DNA of 64,000 nt from Scyliorhinus canicula (Eukaryota), in contig NC_052149.1 of NCBI RefSeq assembly GCF_902713615.1, forward strand, positions 126,979,256-127,043,255, written 5' to 3'. Every line of letters starts with the position of its first letter. Positions within the stretch are counted from its first letter, which is position 1. Both the position numbers and the translations under genes were made by a program. Below, in pieces: positions 12,431-23,783 of the stretch. The notes beneath the pieces were generated by a model, which worked only from the letters and a program-made list of their open reading frames with translations, ran no database searches and was not told the DNA's origin.

Positions 12431-13094
12431 TAAAGGTTTGATGTTAAGCTGATTAAATCATTTTAGAATGATACTTAGACATTTGTAAAGAAGTTCACTA
12501 CAAATTCAGCACTGAAATAGTTAATAATGAGAGCATTTAAAGATGCAGTGTCCCATTTAAGAGACTATTAACCTATCAGGATGCTCGAACTATTGATCAT
12601 TATTTCTGGGGGAACAGGTTGAACATTAACAAACCTCAAATCACACACAGAACCGGAGAAATCTATCCCAGAAATTTGGAGCAGACGTGGATCGACATAC
12701 TTCACAAAGGATACTGATTGGCTGCCAGTGTAGAAGGTTCTAGATTTCACTTCAAACCTTGCTGCCCAGCCCTGGGCTCAGGTCAAGAGTGAGATTACGA
12801 TTAGCCTCTGTGTCCAGGGGTCAGAATAATCTATCCTTGCTCCTGTGCGGGAACGTCCGGTTCACCAGCCGCGTGATTCTTGACTGCGTGCCATTCACTG
12901 GCGGCAGGATTATATCTTCACGTCGATTGTCAATGGGATTTACCACAGCAACCACCTGATTCCACTGTGAAACCCGCTGGCGGTGATGTGCTGCTGGTGG
13001 GAGAATTGAATAGCAACACTGGAGAAATCCTGCCCCTATTTCTGGTGGTCTTGTGTCCAGGTCACACCCCCCAGCCAAGCTGCCCCAGTTTAGA

Positions 13095-14900
13095 TACATA
13101 ACTGGCATCGACCAGTTACCCAGGTGTGACCTGTCCACAAAAAGCTGGACAAACCCAATCCGGACAATTACTGTCCATCAGTCATCTCGCGATCATCAGC
13201 AAAATGATTGATATTGTTAACGACGGTGTTATCAAGTAGCACTTACTCAGCAATAACCTGCTCATTGACACTCAGTTAAGGATCTACCAGGGTCTCTCAG
13301 CTCCTGACCTCATTACAGCCTTGGTTCAAACATGGACAAAAGAGCTGAATTCCAGCGGTGAGGCCAGAGTAACTGCCCTTTGACATCGAGGCAGCATTTG
13401 ACCAAGTTTGGAATCAAGGAGCCCGAGCAAAACTGGAGTCAATGGGAATCAGGGGGAAAACTCTCCGCTGGCTGGAGTCATACCCAGCACAAAGGAAGAT
13501 GGCTGTTGTTTGGGGTTTTAACTCTCCAATCTATATTAATGAGCTGGATGAAGGCAATGAGAGTATTGTAGCTATACTTGCTGATGATAAAATGATTGGT
13601 AGGAAAGCATGTTGTGAGGAGGATACAGAGTCTGAAAAGGGATATTGATAGGTGCAGTGAGTGGGGAGAACATTTGACAGGTGGAGTATAATGTGGGGAA
13701 ATGTGAGCTTGTCCACTTTGTTAGGGAGAATAGAAAATCAGAATATTATTGACATGGAGAGAGACTGCAGAAAGCTGTGATACAGAGGGATCTGGGTGTC
13801 CTTGTGTATGAATCACAGAACGTTAACCTGCAGGTACAGCAAGTGATGAGGAAGGTCAATGGAATGTTGTCCTTTATTACAAGGGGGATGGAGTATAAAA
13901 GTAGGGAAGTCTTGCTCCATCTATACAGCACATTGGGGAGATTACACCGTGAGTACTGGGGAAAGGTTTGGTCTCATAGAATCATAGAATTTACAGTGCA
14001 GAAGGAGGCCATTTGGCCCATCGAGTAGAAAGAGCACCCTACATTTTCTTTTTTTATTAAATAAATTTAAAATACCCAATTCATTTTTTCCAATTAAGAG
14101 GCAATTTGGTGTGGCCAATCCACCTACCCTGCACATTTTGGGGTTGTGGGGGCGGAACACACGCAAACAAAGGGAGAATGTGCAACCTCCACACGGACAG
14201 TGACCCAGAGCAGGGATCGAACCTGGGACCTTGGCGCAGTGAGGCAGCAGTGCTAACCACTGTGCCACCATGCAGCCCTCGAAAGAGCACCCTACTTAGG
14301 ACCACTCCTGCACCCTATCCCCGTAACCACTGATTCCACTGAGGAATGGAATGTCTGATGAGGAAAGGTTGAGCTGGTTGGATCTGTACTCATTGCAGAA
14401 TGAGAGGTGATCTTATTGAAACATATAAGATTCCGAGGGAGCTTGACAGGGTGGATGCTGAGAGAATGTTTGCCCTCGTGGGGAATCTAGAATTAGTGGA
14501 CGCAGTTTCAAAATAAGGTGGAGATGAGGAGGAATTTCTTCTCTCAGAGGGTCATTAGTTATTGGAATTCTTTTTCCCAGAGAGCAGTGCATGCTGGGAC
14601 ATTATATATATTCCAGGCTGAGTTCGACAGATATCTGATTGACGAGGGTCAAAGGTTATGGGGACCGACAGGAAAGTGGAGTTTGGGCCATTTTTAAAAG
14701 TTAATTTATGGGATGTGTGGGTCTGAAGTGGGAACCTGCCATCCTGACCTTGTCCGGCCTACAAGTGACTCCAGATCCTCAGTAATGTGTTGACTCTGAA
14801 ATATCCTCTGGAATGGCCGAGCAAGACACTCAGTTCAAGGGCAATTAGGGATGGGCAATAAATGCTGGCCCAGCCAGAGATCACACATCACATCAAACAA
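13095..14900 (+). mobile_element. CR1/L2 fragments with nested SINE-in-SINE (inner SINE 14043-14280, 15-bp TSD GAAAGAGCACCCTAC)
   Basis: GKTLRWLESY, QRDLGVLVYES motifs; TSD at 14028-14042 and 14281-14295; also in copy 2. Confidence 0.75.
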
Positions 14901-15515
14901 TAAAAATATCTCCAGGGATTTTCAGGAATATTGGATCAGGAATAAATATCAGACTGAACTCGACCCAAAGAGAAAGTAACTGAGAGTCTCCCCAAAAGCC
15001 TGGAACACTGAAGCCACTGGATTGTGAGCCCTGCTGGACCTGTTTGTCATCAGAACTTTGCTAAGAGATAAGCAGGGAGTGGAGAGAGCAGAGTTAAAGC
15101 TGGGGGAAGTGGGACCTCGGTGTCTCACTGTGCTGCTGCTGCTGCTGTGATCAGTTATATCAGAGAGTGTGACAGGGAGCCAGAGCTCACATCAAACTCT
15201 GCCCGTGTCTGTCACACCAGACTGACAGGAGTCTAGTGAGTGATTTCACTCCATGGTCCAGGAATGTGAACACAGTCTGCAAACGTCCAGATCTCCTCCA
15301 CACGGTGGGTAAAAGCTGCTTACTTATATCTTGCTGCTTAAAGGGGGGAATGGAACTAAAGAAATACAGCTGGGCACCCTGTTCTACACAGTGTTCTTCA
15401 ATGAACCATTTCATTCACTGCAGCTCCCCACTAACACCTTCAACTATTCAGCATTTGTGTTTGAGAAAGTTTCAGTATTGAAAGGGTTAATAACGGAGGA
15501 TTGGGGTTTACTTAC

Positions 15516-15550
15516 TCAGTCTGAGCTTGGTTCCTTTACCGAACGTAAGC
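15516..15550 (-). CDS. IGKJ: Ig light chain J segment, cluster 1 (LTFGKGTKLRL)
   Basis: FGxG motif, GTAAGT donor (15510-15515), preceded by 23-RSS. Confidence 0.96.
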
Positions 15551-15589
15551 CACACTGACAGCTTCCAGTGCAGGAGCTGTACAAAAACC
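15551..15589 (+). promoter_or_regulatory. 23-spacer RSS of J1
   Basis: CACACTG + 23 nt + ACAAAAACC (heptamer 6/7, nonamer consensus). Confidence 0.95.
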
Positions 15590-15919
15590 TCTGCTCTCTG
15601 CTTCACTCACTCACTCTCACCCTCTGTCTCTCACTCACTCATGTCTTTCTCTCTCACTGTTTCTCTCTCTCTGTTTCTCTCAATGTCTCTGTGTTTGTTG
15701 GGAGATTTGAGAAGTCCAATTTTGAATGATAAATCCTTCAGCTGCTCTTCATACGTGGACATGGAGAGTAAAAAACCTGAGGCCTTCAGTGACTGGAGTG
15801 TGTAGTGGACAGTGAAAATAATGTGTTCAGGTTCCTTTCTTGTGTTTATATAAAACTGTTCATATATTATATAAAACTGTGCTTTGTGTCAGGAGAGGAG
15901 GTGGTGCTGTGGATACTGA

Positions 15920-15947
15920 GGTTTTTGTAAGGCTCTGTATCACTGTG
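15920..15947 (-). promoter_or_regulatory. 12-spacer RSS of V1
   Basis: CACAGTG ATACAGAGCCTT ACAAAAACC, full consensus; V-12/J-23 is the kappa configuration. Confidence 0.97.
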
Positions 15948-16256
15948 TAGACCTGCCGGTGGAGCCGCTATACGCCTGACAGTAATAATCAGCGACATCC
16001 TCATTCTGTACATTGCTGATTGTCAGAGTGAATCGTGTTCCAGATCCACTGCCGGTGAATCGGTCGGATATTCCTGTGAACCGGGTTGTTGCAGCATAGA
16101 TCAGCAGAGCCGGTTTCTGACCTTCTCGCTGTTGATACCAAGCAACATAACTGCTGCTAACAGATTGACTGGCCGTACAGGTGATGGTTGCGGTCTGGCC
16201 CAGGCTCAATGACAGCACCGGGGGAGACTGGGTCATGATGATGTCTCCACTGATAC
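15948..16256 (-). CDS. IGKV: Ig kappa-type V exon, open frame
   Basis: Acceptor [57 protein letters not shown]...[17 protein letters not shown]; conserved Cys, Trp, DxADYYC; resembles nurse-shark NS4 as I recall it. Confidence 0.96.
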
Positions 16257-16442
16257 CTGAGGGGTAATAGAGAAACAGAGTGAAGTAAGAACTGTCACAG
16301 AAAGAGCCTGTACAATGAGATATTGTTGGAGACACTGACTGTTCCTCTGCTTTCAGCATTTTCCCTTCAATCACAAGTCAGTAGAATTGGATTGAAATGG
16401 AGAGCAGGAAAATATTCAAGGTGGAAGGAGAGAGATTTGTAC

Positions 16443-16491
16443 CTGCGATGCAGAATGCCAGAGGCCAGATCAGCTGGATGGCTGAAATCAT
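16443..16491 (-). CDS. IGKV: Leader exon of V1 (MISAIQLIWPLAFCIA-G)
   Basis: GACACCATG context, 49 nt hydrophobic exon, phase-1 GT donor; 186-nt intron to V. Confidence 0.92.
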
Positions 16492-16549
16492 GGTGTCTGC
16501 TCCTGTCCCTGTGCCTGGTTACTGATAAACTCTCCCTTCACTGGGCTCT

Positions 16550-16646
16550 GCTTTATAAAGCTGCAGCCTGTGAGAGTCTGACTGCCCGTTCCTTAGTATG
16601 TAAATGGTATGAGGCAGAGACACTACGTCAGCACCTTCACTTCCTC
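16550..16646 (-). promoter_or_regulatory. Putative V promoter: TATA-like, octamer variant, CRE-like, Ets site
   Basis: TTTATAAA 16552-16559; ATTTACAT 16598-16605; TGACGTAG 16623-16630; GAGGAAGTG 16638-16646. Confidence 0.6.
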
Positions 16647-17207
16647 TTCTCTCTCTCATTCACTCCCTCAGTATCAGTCCCTCAGTTTTGGTCTCTCCCC
16701 CTCTCTCTCTGTCTCTCTGTCTTGTTCTTCCTGTCTCACTGTATCTGCTTGATCTCCCCCTCTCTCTCCCTCCGTTGATACCTGTCCCTCAGACTCTCTC
16801 TCTGTCTCTCTCTCTTTCACTCTGATTTTATCTCTCTTTCTCCCTCACTTTATTTCTCTATTTGTTCCTCTGTGTTTTCATCTCCCTCTACCTGAGAGGA
16901 GGGAACAATCTCATTCACTCTATCAGTCCCCTCAGCATAACTTTATTGAAGATCATGTCTCGTTCTTCAGAACTTTTATCCCTGTACAGCTGCAGTAAAA
17001 TGTCCCTTTGATTTTTTTCTGTTCCTCCTATAATAAACACCAACATTCCATTTCCCTTCGTGATCACTTGCTGGACCTGCAGACTAACGTGATCTGTAGT
17101 TGCAGCTTGCCAACGCATAACAAAGCATTTACCCCACTCCCTGATTTCTGGTAACCAAAAAATCCAACATCCATATTCAGATATTACACTGTATACCAGG
17201 AGATCAT

Positions 17208-17322
17208 GGGCGGGATTCTCCAGCCACGCCCACCCGGTGACCGGACATTCCGCCCGAGGTCAAAGGACCTTTACAGGGTCCGCGTCCCACCCATGATGAC
17301 CTTGCGGCGAAGAATCCAGCCC
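17208..17322. mobile_element. Harbinger-type MITE (115 bp), CAT TSD
   Basis: GGGCGGGATTCT...AGAATCCAGCCC flanked by CAT on both sides. Confidence 0.7.
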
Positions 17323-17500
17323 CATATCTTGTGCAGTAACATTTTGTGTGGCACCTGACCAAATACCTTTTGGAATTCCGTGTAAATCACATCTACAGCT
17401 TCCCCTTTTTCCACCTTCTGACTTCCTCAAAGATGGATGAGCTCAAGCGAGAGCACAACAGGCCGAAGATTCGAACCCCAAGTGCCATTCCAGAACTTCC

Positions 17501-18229
17501 CTGACCTCACTGACCTGTTACCCCTGACCTCACTGACCTGTTAATTCTGACCTCACTGACCTGTTAATTCTGACCTCACTGACCTGTTAATTCTGGCCTC
17601 ACTGACCTGTTCATTCTGACCTCACTGACCTGTTAATTCTGACCTCACTGACCTTTTACCCCTGACCTCACTGACCTGTTAATTCTGACAACACTGACCT
17701 GTTAATTCTGACCTCACTGACCTGTTAATTCTGACCTCACTGACTTGTTACCCCTGACCTCACTGACCTGTTAATTCTGACCTCACTGACCTGTTAATTC
17801 TGACCTCACTGACTTGTTACCCCTGACCTCACTGACCTGTTAATTCTGACCTCACTGACCTGTTAATTCTGACCTCACTGACTTGTTACCCCTGACCTCA
17901 CTGACCTGTTAATTCTGACCTCACTGACCTGTTAATTCTGACCTCACTGACTTGTTACCCCTGACCACACTGACCTGTCAATTCTGACCTCACTGACCTG
18001 TTACCCCTGACCTCACTGACCTGTTACCCCTGACTTCACTGACCTGTTACCCCTGACCTCACTGACCTGTTAATTCTGACCTCACTAACCTGTTAATTCT
18101 GACCTCACTGACCTGTTATCCCCTACATCACTTATCTGTTAGCCCTGATCTCACTGAACTGTTACCTTTGAACTAACTGATCTATTGCCCCTAACCTCAC
18201 TGACCTCTTACCCCTGACCTCACTGACCT
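17501..18229. repeat. 23-bp minisatellite (CTGACCTCACTGACCTGTTAATT / ...GTTACCC), about 31 copies
   Basis: Direct periodicity; two alternating variants, degenerating to the right. Confidence 0.95.
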
Positions 18230-18560
18230 CCAATTCCCTCCATGGCGTCACTCCTCCCTACCTCTGCATCCTGCTGCAGACTCACATTCCCTCCCTCACC
18301 CTTCCATCCTCTGACTATGGACTCCTGCCCATCGCTACTTCCTTCATCCCACCATTGACAGCAGAGCCTTCAGATGCCTCGGGCCTGCACTCTGAACTCT
18401 GACCCTTAAACCCTCCCCCTCTCCAGGTCACTCCACTCCATCAAACTGCATCCTTCAATCCAAGGCTTCGATTAATCTTCCTTAAATACCCCCGACTCCC
18501 CCGCTCCTCTTACTGCCGCTCTGCGTATCATCCTGGGATGTTTTGTACATTAAGGCACGA
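18230..18560 (+). mobile_element. L2 LINE 3' fragment
   Basis: CCCTCCATGG...CATTGACAGCAGAGCCTTCAG...CTCTGAACTC resembles L2 3' ends and the L2 piece at about 23500-23640. Confidence 0.6.
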
Positions 18561-18689
18561 TTTAAATTCATTTTGTGTGGAGATTTTGTTTGGGGACAGA
18601 ATTAGACAAAGTAGTGATGGCTCCTTCAGTCAAATATCCTGATGAAAGTTTCAAACTGCCCAAACAGAATGGGGAAGAGGCTGATGTTA

Positions 18690-20765
18690 GATTTGTTTAA
18701 TGTATCCATTCATGTGATGTGGGTGTCACTGGCTGGATCAGCATTTATTGCCCATCCCTAATTGCCCCAGCGGATGTGGTGATGAGCTGCCTTCTTGAAC
18801 CGCTACAGACCCTGAGTTGTAGGTACACCCACAATGCTGTTAGGGAGGGCATTCCTGGATTTTGATCCTGAATTCTGAACCTTGTCGCTCGCCTGAGATG
18901 TGGTGTCCCTCAGGTTAAATCACCACCAGCCAGATCTCCCTGTCTAAGGGGAAAGCAGCCTATGGTCATCTGGGACTATGATGACTTTGCTATTTATGTG
19001 GCTCGCCCAGTTCAGTATCTGGTTCATGGTAAACTCCCAGGATGTTAATAATGGGGGATTCAATGATGGGACACCATTCATTGAATGTCAAGAGGCAATG
19101 GTTGGATTCTCTCTTGTTGGAGATGGACATTGCCTGGCATTTCTGTGGTGTTAATGTTACTTACCACTTGTCAAATCAACTCTGGATACTGTCCAGTCTT
19201 GCTGCACTTGGACAAGGACTGCTTCATTATCTGAGGAGTCATGAATGGTGCTGAACATTGTGCAGTCATCCGCAAACATCCCCACTTCTGACCTTATGAT
19301 GGAAGGGAGGACGTTGATGAAACAGCTAAAGATGGTTGGGCCTTGGACACTACCCTGAGCAACTCCTGCAGTTATGTCCTGAAGCTGAGATGATTGACCT
19401 CCAACTACAGCAACCATCTTCCTTTGTGCCGTGTATGACTCCAACCAGCGGATGGTTTTGCCCCCAATTCTCATTGACTCCAGTTTAGCTTGGGCTCCTT
19501 GATGCCACACACGGTCAAATGCTGCCTTGCTAGGGGGGCAGCAAGTTCTGGAGCACAAGTCTTCAATATTATTGCTGGAATATTGTCAGGGCCCATAGGC
19601 TTTGAGTATCCAGTGCCTTCAGCCGTTTATTAATATCACGTGGAGTGAATCGTATTGGCTGAAGACTGACATCTGTGATATGGAGACCTCAGGAGGAGAC
19701 CGAGATGGATCATCCACTCGGCCCTTCTGGCTGAAGATTGTTGTGAATGCTTCCGCCTTGTCTTTAGTACGAATGCACTGGGTTCTTCCATCATTGAGGA
19801 TGAGGATATTTGTGGAGCCTCCTCCTCCAGTGAGTTGTTTAATTGTCCACCGCCATTCACAGATGGATGTGGTAGGACTGCAGAGCTTAGATCTTATCCA
19901 TTGGTTGTGGTATCGTTTAGCTCTGTCTGTCACTTGCTGAAAGCGCTGTTTGATACACAAGTAGTCCTGTGTTGTAGTGCACCAGATTGCCTGGTGTTGT
20001 TCCTGGCGTGCTCTCCTGCACTCTTCATTAAACCAGGGTTGCACCCCTGGCTCAGTGATAATGGTAGAGTGGGAGACATGCAGAGTCATGAGGTTGCAGA
20101 TGGTGGTTCAGTCCAATTCTGCTGCTGCTGATGACCCACACCACCTCATGGATGCCCAGTATTGAGTTACTAGATCTGTTCTGAATCTATCCCATTCAGC
20201 ACTGTGGTAGTGCCACACAACAGAATAGAGTGTGTCCTCAATATGAAGATGGATCTTTGTCTCCACAAGGACTGTGTGGTGGTCACTCCTACCGATACTG
20301 TCATGGACAGATGTATCTGTGGAATGCAGATTGTTGAGGATGAGGCCAAGTATGTTTGTCCCTCTTGTTGGTTCCCTCACCACCTGCTGCAGTCCCAGGT
20401 CCAGCAACTATGTCCTTTAGGACCTGGCCAGCTTGGCATGTGGTGGTATTACTGAGCCACTCTTGGTGATGGACATTGAAGGTCCCCACTCAGACTATAA
20501 TCTGCACCCATGCCACCCTCAGTGCTTCCTCCAAGTGGTGTTCAACATTGTGGTGCTGTCTCATAAACTGAGGGAGATGTGGGGTCTGGTAATCATATTT
20601 AACACATGTCTAACCTGACACCATGAGATTACATGGGGTCCAGATTCGATGTTGAGGATTCCCAGGGCACCTCCTCCCGACAGTATACCACTTTGCCCCC
20701 ACCTCTGCTGGGTCTGTCCTGCTGGTGAGACAGGACATACCCAGGGAATGGTGATATTGTCTGGG
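18690..20765 (-). mobile_element. CR1/L2-superfamily LINE (EN + RT) remnant
   Basis: AAFDRVWHQG, QGSVQGPTIFSCFIN, MFADDCT, DSIGRSDHHTV, GTFNVHHQEWL motifs. Confidence 0.8.
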
Positions 20766-21796
20766 ACATTGGCTGCAATTCTCCAGCCTCTTTGCGCTCT
20801 CGTTCAAACAAGGCCGGTGAATAGCGGGAGAGGACAAAAATGAGATCCGTGCCAGGTGCTAAACAGCTTGCGATGTAACCGGCCGCTCCCATAGGCCAAA
20901 TCAGGATCTCGCCGTAGCACGGCAAGAAACCAATTATCACCACGTAAGCCCCATTTCCATACAATTAACGGGAGCGACCCCATATCCAACGGCCTCCCAT
21001 CATTCAGCCGCCTCCCCAGCAAGTGGTCATGCTGACGCCGATTAGTACTCCATTTAAAATGGTGAACCTGGCGGAAGGGCTTCTGTGGGGAGCTGAGGAG
21101 GTGAGTAGCCATCTTTACTCACAGGCAAAGAGCCCGGGGGCACTGGGTTTGCCAACCCAGTGCTGGATGGGGGTTGAGGGACCCTCGGCTGGGGATGGGT
21201 TTTCCACCGAGGTGTGTGTATCTGCACTGGTGGAGGGGGGGATGACAGCTGTGACACGATTATAAAGGTTGTATCCTTGGAGATCTCCTCTGAGGTGTTC
21301 TGCTCGGAGTCAGGAGAGGAGGCCTCACGGGAAGGGCTGGCGCCATCGGCTGGAGGACTTGCGGGAGAATGGACATGTGGTCAGTGGGAGGGATGGGCCA
21401 GTCAGTAAGGCACTTTGAAATGTTTCCGGAGAATTGCACGCATTATCTGTGAGGCATAATTCTGAAAGTATGACTGTGTCTGACCAGTCAGTGGGACAGC
21501 TCCCCCAATTCTGACACATGTTCCCAGATATCAGGAAGGAGGACTTTGTAGGGTTGACAGGGCTGGGTTTGCCGTTGTTGTTTCCGGGGTCTATGTTGAT
21601 GCCGGGAGGTCAGTTCGGTTTCATTCCTTTTAGAATTTTCAGCGATTTGATACAACTGAGTGGCTATTTTAGAGTCAACCACATTGCTGTGGGTCTGGAG
21701 TCACATGTAGGCCAGACCAGGTGAGGGCGGCCGATTCACTTCCCTAAAGGACATTAGTGAACTAGACGGGTTTTTACGACAATCGACAATGGTTTC

Positions 21797-22199
21797 TGAT
21801 GTGTTGGGCTGGCCGGGTCTATGTGGACTGCGTTTGATGCTGTTTAGCGAGAGACAGACATCCAGCACTTGATGAGATGCAACACGATTTTATTTAACAT
21901 CTAAACTATTATACATGTTCATCTGTGGGTTGACACGATGCTGACTTGACTGGGGACCTGATGCTAGCCTGACCAGACTTACTGACTACTACATGGTGAT
22001 TGCACTGGTTATGCTCACGAGCTCTGACTGTCTCAGAGGCTGGATCCCGAGAGAGCGGGAAAACTGGTGCCCTCTGGCTGTATATTGGTCGTGTCCTGTC
22101 TGGTGATTGGCTGCTGTGTTCTGTGTGCTTACTGGTCATCCTGTGTGTCAATCACTGCCTGTCTGCACTCCATTATATACATGGATGTATATTATGACA
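21797..22199 (-). mobile_element. Solo LTR (403 bp) with 5-bp TSD GTTTC
   Basis: TG...CA ends; GTTTC at 21792-21796 and 22200-22204; AATAAA on the minus strand; inserted in a LINE fragment. Confidence 0.8.
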
Positions 22200-22728
22200 G
22201 TTTCATGGTCACCATCACTGAGAAGAGCTTTTAATTCCAGATTTATTTATTGAATTTAACTTCCACCAGCTGCCATGGTGGGATTTGAACCTGTGACCAG
22301 AGCATTAGCCTGGGCCTCTGGATTACTAGTCCAGTGACATTACCACTACACCACGGCCTCCCCCACATTGTGCTGTGGGGCTCCATGGAACTGTATCCCA
22401 GCATGAAGTGTCCCTCAGGAGGGGAGAGGGAATGTTCGGAGCCCAGAGCTCCATTTCCCAGCCCAGGCATTTAGTCTTCCAATGAATGAATGAGATGCCA
22501 ATTTGGAGCCAGGTTAGGGACAGTCTCGTGCTGTGGACCCAGGTCTACAAGAGGCAATTGGAGATATCCCTGAAAGGGAAAGATTGGCTGGGTTATGGGG
22601 ATAGAGAGGGGGAGTGGGACTAATTGGGTAAGTCACAGCATGATGGGCAGAATGGCCTCCTTCTGTGCTGGAAGATTCGAGGTAATGGACACGGTTCACA
22701 GTTTTCTCCCGTGTCAGTAACAAACATC

Positions 22729-22760
22729 CAGCTGCTCTGAGCCCCTTCTTTCACTTCCTC
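22729..22760 (-). promoter_or_regulatory. Candidate enhancer core: E-box CAGCTG plus Ets-IRF composite GAGGAAGTGAAA
   Basis: CAGCTG 22729-22734; TTTCACTTCCTC 22749-22760, in apparently non-TE sequence. Confidence 0.45.
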
Positions 22761-22944
22761 TGTTGGTTACGTTTCAATCTTCTGATCTGACAGTCTTTGC
22801 TGTTATTTTTTACACTGGGGGTTTCTGCTGTGGTCTGAATCTCTAACAATAACTGTCCAATCAGTGACAAGAACAGCAGCTAAGAGCAGTCAGGACTGAG
22901 GAGCCAGGCTCACTGGGAAACACATTGGGAAGATCAAAGCCACC

Positions 22945-23640
22945 GTCTTCAGCTCCCGATACAAACTCCATCCCTCTCCCTGAGCTCTGTCTGCTGCTCA
23001 ACCAGACTCTTTACAACATTGGCCTCATCTCTCTGTTCCTCCACAATTCCCAGCTTCCCACCATTTAGAAATGACTCTGATTTCTCTTTCTTTGGTCCAA
23101 AGTGGATGATTTCACATCCCCACATTGAACTCCATCTGCCATTGTCTTCAGTCCCCATCACAATCTCTGTTCCCCAGACACTGATTCCATCCCTCTCCCT
23201 GGGCCTGTCTGACTCTGAACCACACAGTTCACAGCCATGGTGTCCTATTTGACCCTGAGATGACCTTCCCACCACATCATCCGCTCCATCACTAAGACGG
23301 CCTATTTCTCCCTCGGTAACATCGCCCGAGTCCGTCCTGCCTCACATCATCTGCTGCTGAGAATCTCCTCCATGTCTTTGTTCCCTCTAAACGTGACTAT
23401 TCCAATGCTGTCCTGGCCGGCCTCACACCTACCACCCTCCGTAAACATCAGCTGATCCAAAACTCTGCTGCCTGGATCTGAACTCACACCAAATCCCGTT
23501 CACCCATCACCCCCTCTGCTCACTGACCTACATTGACTCCCGGTCCAGCAATGCCTCGATTTTAAATTCTCATCCTTGTTCTCAAACCCCTCCCTGTCCT
23601 CCACCCTCCCTATCTCTGTAACCTCCTCCAAGCTGCCTAA
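22945..23640 (+). mobile_element. L2 LINE RT C-terminal fragment
   Basis: Encodes degenerate HVFV..(R)DYSNAVLAGL and KHQLIQNSAA motifs. Confidence 0.7.
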
Positions 23641-23783
23641 CTTAGTGCGGTCAGTAACTTGGATATATGTCTCTCTATTCCTTTATCCAAGTCATTGAGA
23701 AATACAGTGAAAAGCTGAGGCTCCAGCTCAGATCCCTGGGGACATCACTATTCACATCTAGCTGATTGGAGTACACACACTTG

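Larger units (their letters stand above)
7078..15830. repeat. Segmental duplication copy 1 (Ig light-chain cluster unit)
   Basis: Collinear with 55378-64000 from TCATTGATGTGGCGGAGGTTGGGACGG through C, intron, J and the V-J spacer. Confidence 0.95.

Noticed and set aside
15127-15133. Consensus heptamer CACAGTG (minus) in the J-C intron
   Set aside because: No nonamer at 12 or 23 nt (CCCACTTCC / CAGCTTTAA).
11031-16491. Germline-joined VJ or pseudogene status, or a frameshift in the C-exon G-run
   Set aside because: Both RSSs are intact with about 400 bp between V and J; the G-run keeps frame and both C exons are 329 nt.
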